Shown here: one piece after another, positions 16,834-20,741 of the stretch
Numbering within the stretch: position 1 is the stretch's first letter
Layout of the letters: each line of letters opens with the position of its first letter
From: a virus
Taxonomy: Duplodnaviria > Heunggongvirae > Uroviricota > Caudoviricetes
IMG/VR virus record: IMGVR_UViG_2630968533_000002
Length of the DNA: 20,741 bases
Strand: one strand, 5' to 3'
Notes under the pieces: model-generated
Seen by the model: the letters and a program-made list of their open reading frames with translations, nothing else
What the model was told of the DNA's origin: nothing
Database searches by the model: none
Made by a program: the position numbers and the translations under genes

Positions 16834-17659
16834 TGACCGCCTCCAGACGCTTGGCGAGCCAGCGTTGCGACAGGCGGGTGAGTTCTCCTTTGCGCTGCTC
16901 ATATTCCATGCCCATATCAATTAACGTGATATTGGTGCTTTCGAGATATGAGAGGTGCTCAAGTTGTTCTGCGTTCATATGGTCGCGAGGTTCGCCAGAA
17001 TAGCCATTTATCCGCGCCCACTGCTTAGCAGTTAGCCCACCAAGAACGATACGAGAAATCATATTGCTCTCGTTTGTGTAGTGGTGTTGCTGCGTCGTTT
17101 TCCCCTGCTCGGCACGGGCCATATTCAGCGCATCGCACATTGGCTTAAAGTTGTTTGCGGCACTGATACGGGCTTTTAGCTGGCGACGATAGCGGGCGGC
17201 GATTTCAGGCACGCTACGCTGTAATTCTTCCTCGCACTGGATGAAATAACGACGGATAGCGCGACCCTGATCATTGCGTTCGATCATTGCCAGTTCTTTC
17301 GCCATTCCGACACTTAACAGATAGTCTTTGCCGGGTCTGCCAGACTGCTTAATCTTGCTGTAAGCCGCGCCATTCGGGCTTTTCCCCAAATTTGGGGAAA
17401 TTGTTTTATGGACTGAGTAATCGTGCCCAATGGTGAAGTCATATTCAGAGATGCGATCAGTGATCCATGTAGAGAAGTCTTTTCCCACGCCCAACGCTTT
17501 GTGTAACGCTTTTGCGCTAACAATATTGGTTTCACGCCCACCGATATGACCAGGAATAACCGGGACAATTGCGGCAAATTCATTACCGTTAATTGTGCCC
17601 AGAGAGGCGTTCAGATGAGGGGCGGCCTCAGAAATTAATCTGCTTTTTTCGATGTTCAT
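16826..17659 (-). CDS. Phage antirepressor-like protein (Ant/KilAC-type), 277 aa
   Basis: Motif LLSVGMAKELAMIERNDQGRAIRRYFIQCEEE matches my memory of the conserved Ant/KilA-C domain core; not verified by search. Confidence 0.5.
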   Translation of the reverse strand: MNIEKSRLISEAAPHLNASLGTINGNEFAAIVPVIPGHIGGRETNIVSAKALHKALGVGKDFSTWITDRISEYDFTIGHDYSVHKTISPNLGKSPNGAAYSKIKQSGRPGKDYLLSVGMAKELAMIERNDQGRAIRRYFIQCEEELQRSVPEIAARYRRQLKARISAANNFKPMCDALNMARAEQGKTTQQHHYTNESNMISRIVLGGLTAKQWARINGYSGEPRDHMNAEQLEHLSYLESTNITLIDMGMEYEQRKGELTRLSQRWLAKRLEAVNV

Positions 17660-17671
17660 TTTCAGTCTCCG

Positions 17672-18103
17672 TTAGGCGGCGTTAAACGCGTCCGGGTAGA
17701 GTTTCAGAATGTCGGCAATTTCCTGCTGAGAAAGTCCGTTGTGATCATTTATGCTCGCAAGATGGTTAACATGAGTGATCACTTTCAGAACATCACCACG
17801 GCAGGAGAAACGGTAGCGAAGGTGTGTTCCGATACCATCAGGATTCTTTTCGTCGATACGCTCCAGAGTGATTCCAAGCTGGCGTTCTAACTCTGTTGCA
17901 TAGTTACGACCAGAAGACAGACGACAGTAGCGAAGAATGTCATTTTCTGTCCATCCCTCTATACCAGTACGCAGCATATAGACTCTGGCACGATGCTTTT
18001 TCGGTGTGCGCTTTGGTGCTTGAAGGGATTTTGTAAGGGGCGTAACATCAGATACGCGAATATCTGAATTAGCCGCCTGTAATGGGCGGTTTTTCTTTTC
18101 CAT
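17672..18103 (-). CDS. Hypothetical basic protein (143 aa)
   Basis: ORF immediately downstream of alpA with its start overlapping the alpA stop; no family recognised. Confidence 0.5.
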   Translation of the reverse strand: MEKKNRPLQAANSDIRVSDVTPLTKSLQAPKRTPKKHRARVYMLRTGIEGWTENDILRYCRLSSGRNYATELERQLGITLERIDEKNPDGIGTHLRYRFSCRGDVLKVITHVNHLASINDHNGLSQQEIADILKLYPDAFNAA

Positions 18104-18306
18104 CAGACCACCTTCCCGCGGCGTTCTGCCAGCCAGTTGTGAATCTCAACCGCATCAAACGCAGTTATTTTTTCTCCCAGCTTTACCGGACGTGGTAGTG
18201 AACCGTTTCTTACTTTACGGTCGATGGTGGATACACTAACGCCCAGCAATTCAGCCAGGCGGAAGCGTCTGATATAGCCTTTTGTAGGAATAGTGTCGGT
18301 GTTCAT
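18103..18306 (-). CDS. alpA: AlpA-family excisionase/transcriptional regulator (67 aa)
   Basis: Small basic protein with helix-turn-helix LAELLGVSVSTIDRKVRNGSLPRPVKLGEKITAF..EIHNWL, typical of AlpA/Vis-type proteins; sits one gene away from the integrase as in CP4-57-type elements. Confidence 0.7.
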   Translation of the reverse strand: MNTDTIPTKGYIRRFRLAELLGVSVSTIDRKVRNGSLPRPVKLGEKITAFDAVEIHNWLAERRGKVV

Positions 18307-18381
18307 GCTTCCCGTAACCTCTTAGCGATAGTTGTTGCTTCGTTACGGGAGGAAGTATCTGTACATATATGAACAATAAAA

Positions 18382-18405
18382 AGGCACAGTAATGATACTG
18401 TGCCT
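18382..18405 (-). terminator. Intrinsic terminator hairpin (10-bp stem AGGCACAGTA/TACTGTGCCT, 4-nt loop) with U-rich tail on the minus strand
   Basis: Read directly; 16 bp downstream of the stop of the 321-aa gene and upstream of alpA. Confidence 0.55.
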
Positions 18406-18420
18406 GAATAGTTAGCTACT

Positions 18421-19386
18421 CTACCCCTTACCGTTGGCGGCAGCACGTAAGTGTCTCAAAATCACATCTTCATTTGTGATTGCTAACGGTGGAATTTCGT
18501 CTTTATGAGCCACTATGCAATCCCGCCACTTCTCAGGGCTTATTTCTTTCTTTTTGCCACGGCATTCATCAGGATACTTTGACAAAAGATATATTGCTGA
18601 TTTGAAAAGTTTTTCCCTGTTTTCAGCATGTCTCTCGGCATTATGGTTGCTATTTTTTATTTCAGGTATTAGTTCCTGTTCTACCGCCATTTCGTATCGT
18701 TTTTTGCTCTTAGCTGCGTCAAAACTTCCATTAACCTTTGCGTCGTGAAGGTATTCTAAATCAGCCTTTGTTATATAAATGTTTTTATCTGACAGGCTAC
18801 TCAGGTGAATCTGGGAACTTTGCATTTTGAATTTATATAGATCACAATCAAATGTTGCTTCAAGTCGCACATATGGCTCTCCACATTCTTGTGAATGATA
18901 ATGTCGTTTTGTACTACCGCGTACACGCAACAATCCACATGCAATTGATTTTCTTACAATAAAAGAGTTTTTGCCAATTTGTTCAAAAACATTTTTATTG
19001 TCTCTGTCTTCAACTGTCAGTGGTTTATGTGCATAAAATAGCTCATAAGCACCGCTTTCAGATGCTGGGATATAAACTTCGTTGCTTGCGCTGGTAATAA
19101 GAAAAGGAAATGTAAACCTTACTTCTTCTGGGTACATAAGTAATAAATCAGTTATAAAATCAGCATCTTTTTTGAAGTGGATGGTGGCATCAGCTTCAAT
19201 GAAATCAAGAAAGTCAGCATAGACATAAAAGTCTATATGTAGTCTATCTTTCCAATGCCATATATCATCAATTTCACAATTTAATAATTTTGATGCTCGC
19301 TCTATCGTGCAGTAGTCCAAAGGTGGAATACCTGATTCCTGCCATAAATTTCTATGCACCGCAGTTGTTTCATGAGAGTCGTTCAT
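18421..19386 (-). CDS. Orphan AT-rich 321-aa protein of unknown function (cargo gene between int and alpA)
   Basis: Long ORF with AAAGGTGA Shine-Dalgarno-like sequence; GC clearly below neighbours (by eye about 37%); own terminator; no recognisable domain. Confidence 0.65.
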   Translation of the reverse strand: MNDSHETTAVHRNLWQESGIPPLDYCTIERASKLLNCEIDDIWHWKDRLHIDFYVYADFLDFIEADATIHFKKDADFITDLLLMYPEEVRFTFPFLITSASNEVYIPASESGAYELFYAHKPLTVEDRDNKNVFEQIGKNSFIVRKSIACGLLRVRGSTKRHYHSQECGEPYVRLEATFDCDLYKFKMQSSQIHLSSLSDKNIYITKADLEYLHDAKVNGSFDAAKSKKRYEMAVEQELIPEIKNSNHNAERHAENREKLFKSAIYLLSKYPDECRGKKKEISPEKWRDCIVAHKDEIPPLAITNEDVILRHLRAAANGKG

Positions 19387-19481
19387 TGCGTCACCTTTTA
19401 CGCTGCGCCTTATTTTGTGATTGAGCCAGGCGGTAAGGCTTCCCGCTTTTCGCCCCGTCGAGCTAGGCTCAATCTATTCAG

Positions 19482-20741
19482 TTAGTTCGCCCTTCTGAGA
19501 GGCGTTACGTTGTAGTCTTTTCCGCTTTCCAGTGCCACCAGCAGATCAGCCCACTGTGCCAGTGCTGCTTTACGCTCATTAAAATACTGATGGCGGTTAT
19601 AAATCCCCTCTACGCCCTTAATGCGATGATTGAGGCATCGTTCCGCCACAACAGGATCAACACCCAACGCTGCTAAATGAGTACGTGCGGTGCGTCGGAA
19701 GTCGTGAATCGTGAAATTAGGCACATCCGGCATTTCGGCGCGAACCTTAGCCAGTGCTACGGGTAAAGTGCTTTCCTGAATATGTGGGATCATTCTGTTT
19801 TGCATCTTCCTGGCTGGAAGCACCCATGCGCTATTACATGAAAAGGTGTGTAGCTCTCTCAACCATTCAACGGCTGGAGAAGGTAGAGGTATATCAATAG
19901 GGTCCCCGTTTTTGCTGCGTTCTTCCGGCAAATGCCATACAGCACTATCTAAATCAAACTCTTCCCATCGTGCGGCGCATAACTCCATCTTACGAACGCA
20001 TAGTGCCAGCAATAGCTTAAATGTCAGTTCGTTTTGGCGGCTGAATCCTTTTGCGGTGCGCATAGCCTCGAATAGCCTGATAAGCTCATCGCGAGTTAGC
20101 CAACGGTCGCGGGAAACCTCTTTACCACCAGCATCAGATACTTCAAACGCTGAACAAGGGTTTATCTCCAGAGCATGGCGTTTTATCCCATAGTCAAAGA
20201 TACGGCGTGTCCAGCGTAATACATCTGTTGCTATCGTTGGTGCTCCTCGGTCAACGATACCTTTCAACATGTCGTCAATGTGGCGTGGCTTAACGTCCTC
20301 CACCTTCATATGCCCAATGCAGGGGTTAATATCCTTATCAATTCTCCGGCGAAGGATATCGGGATGTTTCCATCTCGGAAGTATCTGGCGCTCGAAGTAT
20401 TCGGAGGCCAGATCTGAAACACGCATGGCGTTTTTCTCAGCCTCCATTTTTGCCAGTGCTTCAGCTTTTCGTTCCTGTTTCTCTGCTGCTACGTCATAGC
20501 CAAGAGCAACTCTGGCTGACAGCTCTTTTGCTGTTTCTCTGGCTTTTGATAGTGACAGTTCGGAGTAAGAGCCTATAACCATAGCCCGCTGCTTTCCTGC
20601 GAGCTTATAGCGGAATCGCCAGAACGGGACTGTGTAGTTTTTGGGGTAGCAAATATAAAGGCCGTTGCCGTCTGCCTTGCCATCAAATCTGTCTCCCGCC
20701 TTTATCCATGCGCGGATCTGCATATCTGTGAGTTTTGGCAT
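19482..20741 (-). CDS. int: Tyrosine site-specific integrase, P4/CP4-57 (IntA) family; complete, ATG at the last bases of the window
   Basis: N-terminal PKLTD...WRFRY aligns with the N-terminus of IntA-type integrases from memory; C-terminal HDFRRT and GIYNRHQY catalytic His-x-x-Arg / Tyr motifs. Confidence 0.9.
   Translation of the reverse strand: MPKLTDMQIRAWIKAGDRFDGKADGNGLYICYPKNYTVPFWRFRYKLAGKQRAMVIGSYSELSLSKARETAKELSARVALGYDVAAEKQERKAEALAKMEAEKNAMRVSDLASEYFERQILPRWKHPDILRRRIDKDINPCIGHMKVEDVKPRHIDDMLKGIVDRGAPTIATDVLRWTRRIFDYGIKRHALEINPCSAFEVSDAGGKEVSRDRWLTRDELIRLFEAMRTAKGFSRQNELTFKLLLALCVRKMELCAARWEEFDLDSAVWHLPEERSKNGDPIDIPLPSPAVEWLRELHTFSCNSAWVLPARKMQNRMIPHIQESTLPVALAKVRAEMPDVPNFTIHDFRRTARTHLAALGVDPVVAERCLNHRIKGVEGIYNRHQYFNERKAALAQWADLLVALESGKDYNVTPLRRAN

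Larger units (their letters stand above)
1012..20741. mobile_element. Integrated satellite-like or cryptic-prophage-like element (int-alpA-primase-origin backbone plus ejection-protein-like and immI-like modules); left boundary approximate, right boundary beyond the window
   Basis: Integrase, AlpA, primase-helicase with iterons, uniform minus-strand gene chain, several low-GC cargo genes, flanked on the left by terminators and the SOS gene dinD. Confidence 0.6.

Overview
Most of this window (about 0.9–20.7 kb) looks like one integrated mobile element lying next to the chromosomal SOS gene dinD (1–837, minus strand, with a LexA box at 871–886). Almost every element gene is on the minus strand. 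From right to left: a P4/CP4-57-type tyrosine integrase starting exactly at the window edge; an AT-rich 321-aa orphan gene with its own terminator; an AlpA-like excisionase/regulator; an antirepressor-like gene; a chain of about ten small overlapping ORFs; a P4-alpha-type primase-helicase; and two GTAC-centred iteron clusters that look like an origin. The left half holds a tightly coupled operon (small RHH protein plus 153/225/473/701-aa proteins, two with Gly-rich hydrophobic tails) whose sizes and order recall the P22-like ejection-protein set gp14/gp7/gp20/gp16, followed by a convergent low-GC membrane protein and a divergent regulator pair around a phased operator array, an arrangement that parallels the P22 sieA/immI region. 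No terminase, portal, capsid, tail or lysis genes are present. The most interesting candidates are the ejection-protein-like operon in a virion-less element, the AT-rich gene between int and alpA, and the membrane protein at the sieA position. All functional calls rest on reading the translated ORFs, motif recognition and synteny from memory; no database search was run.
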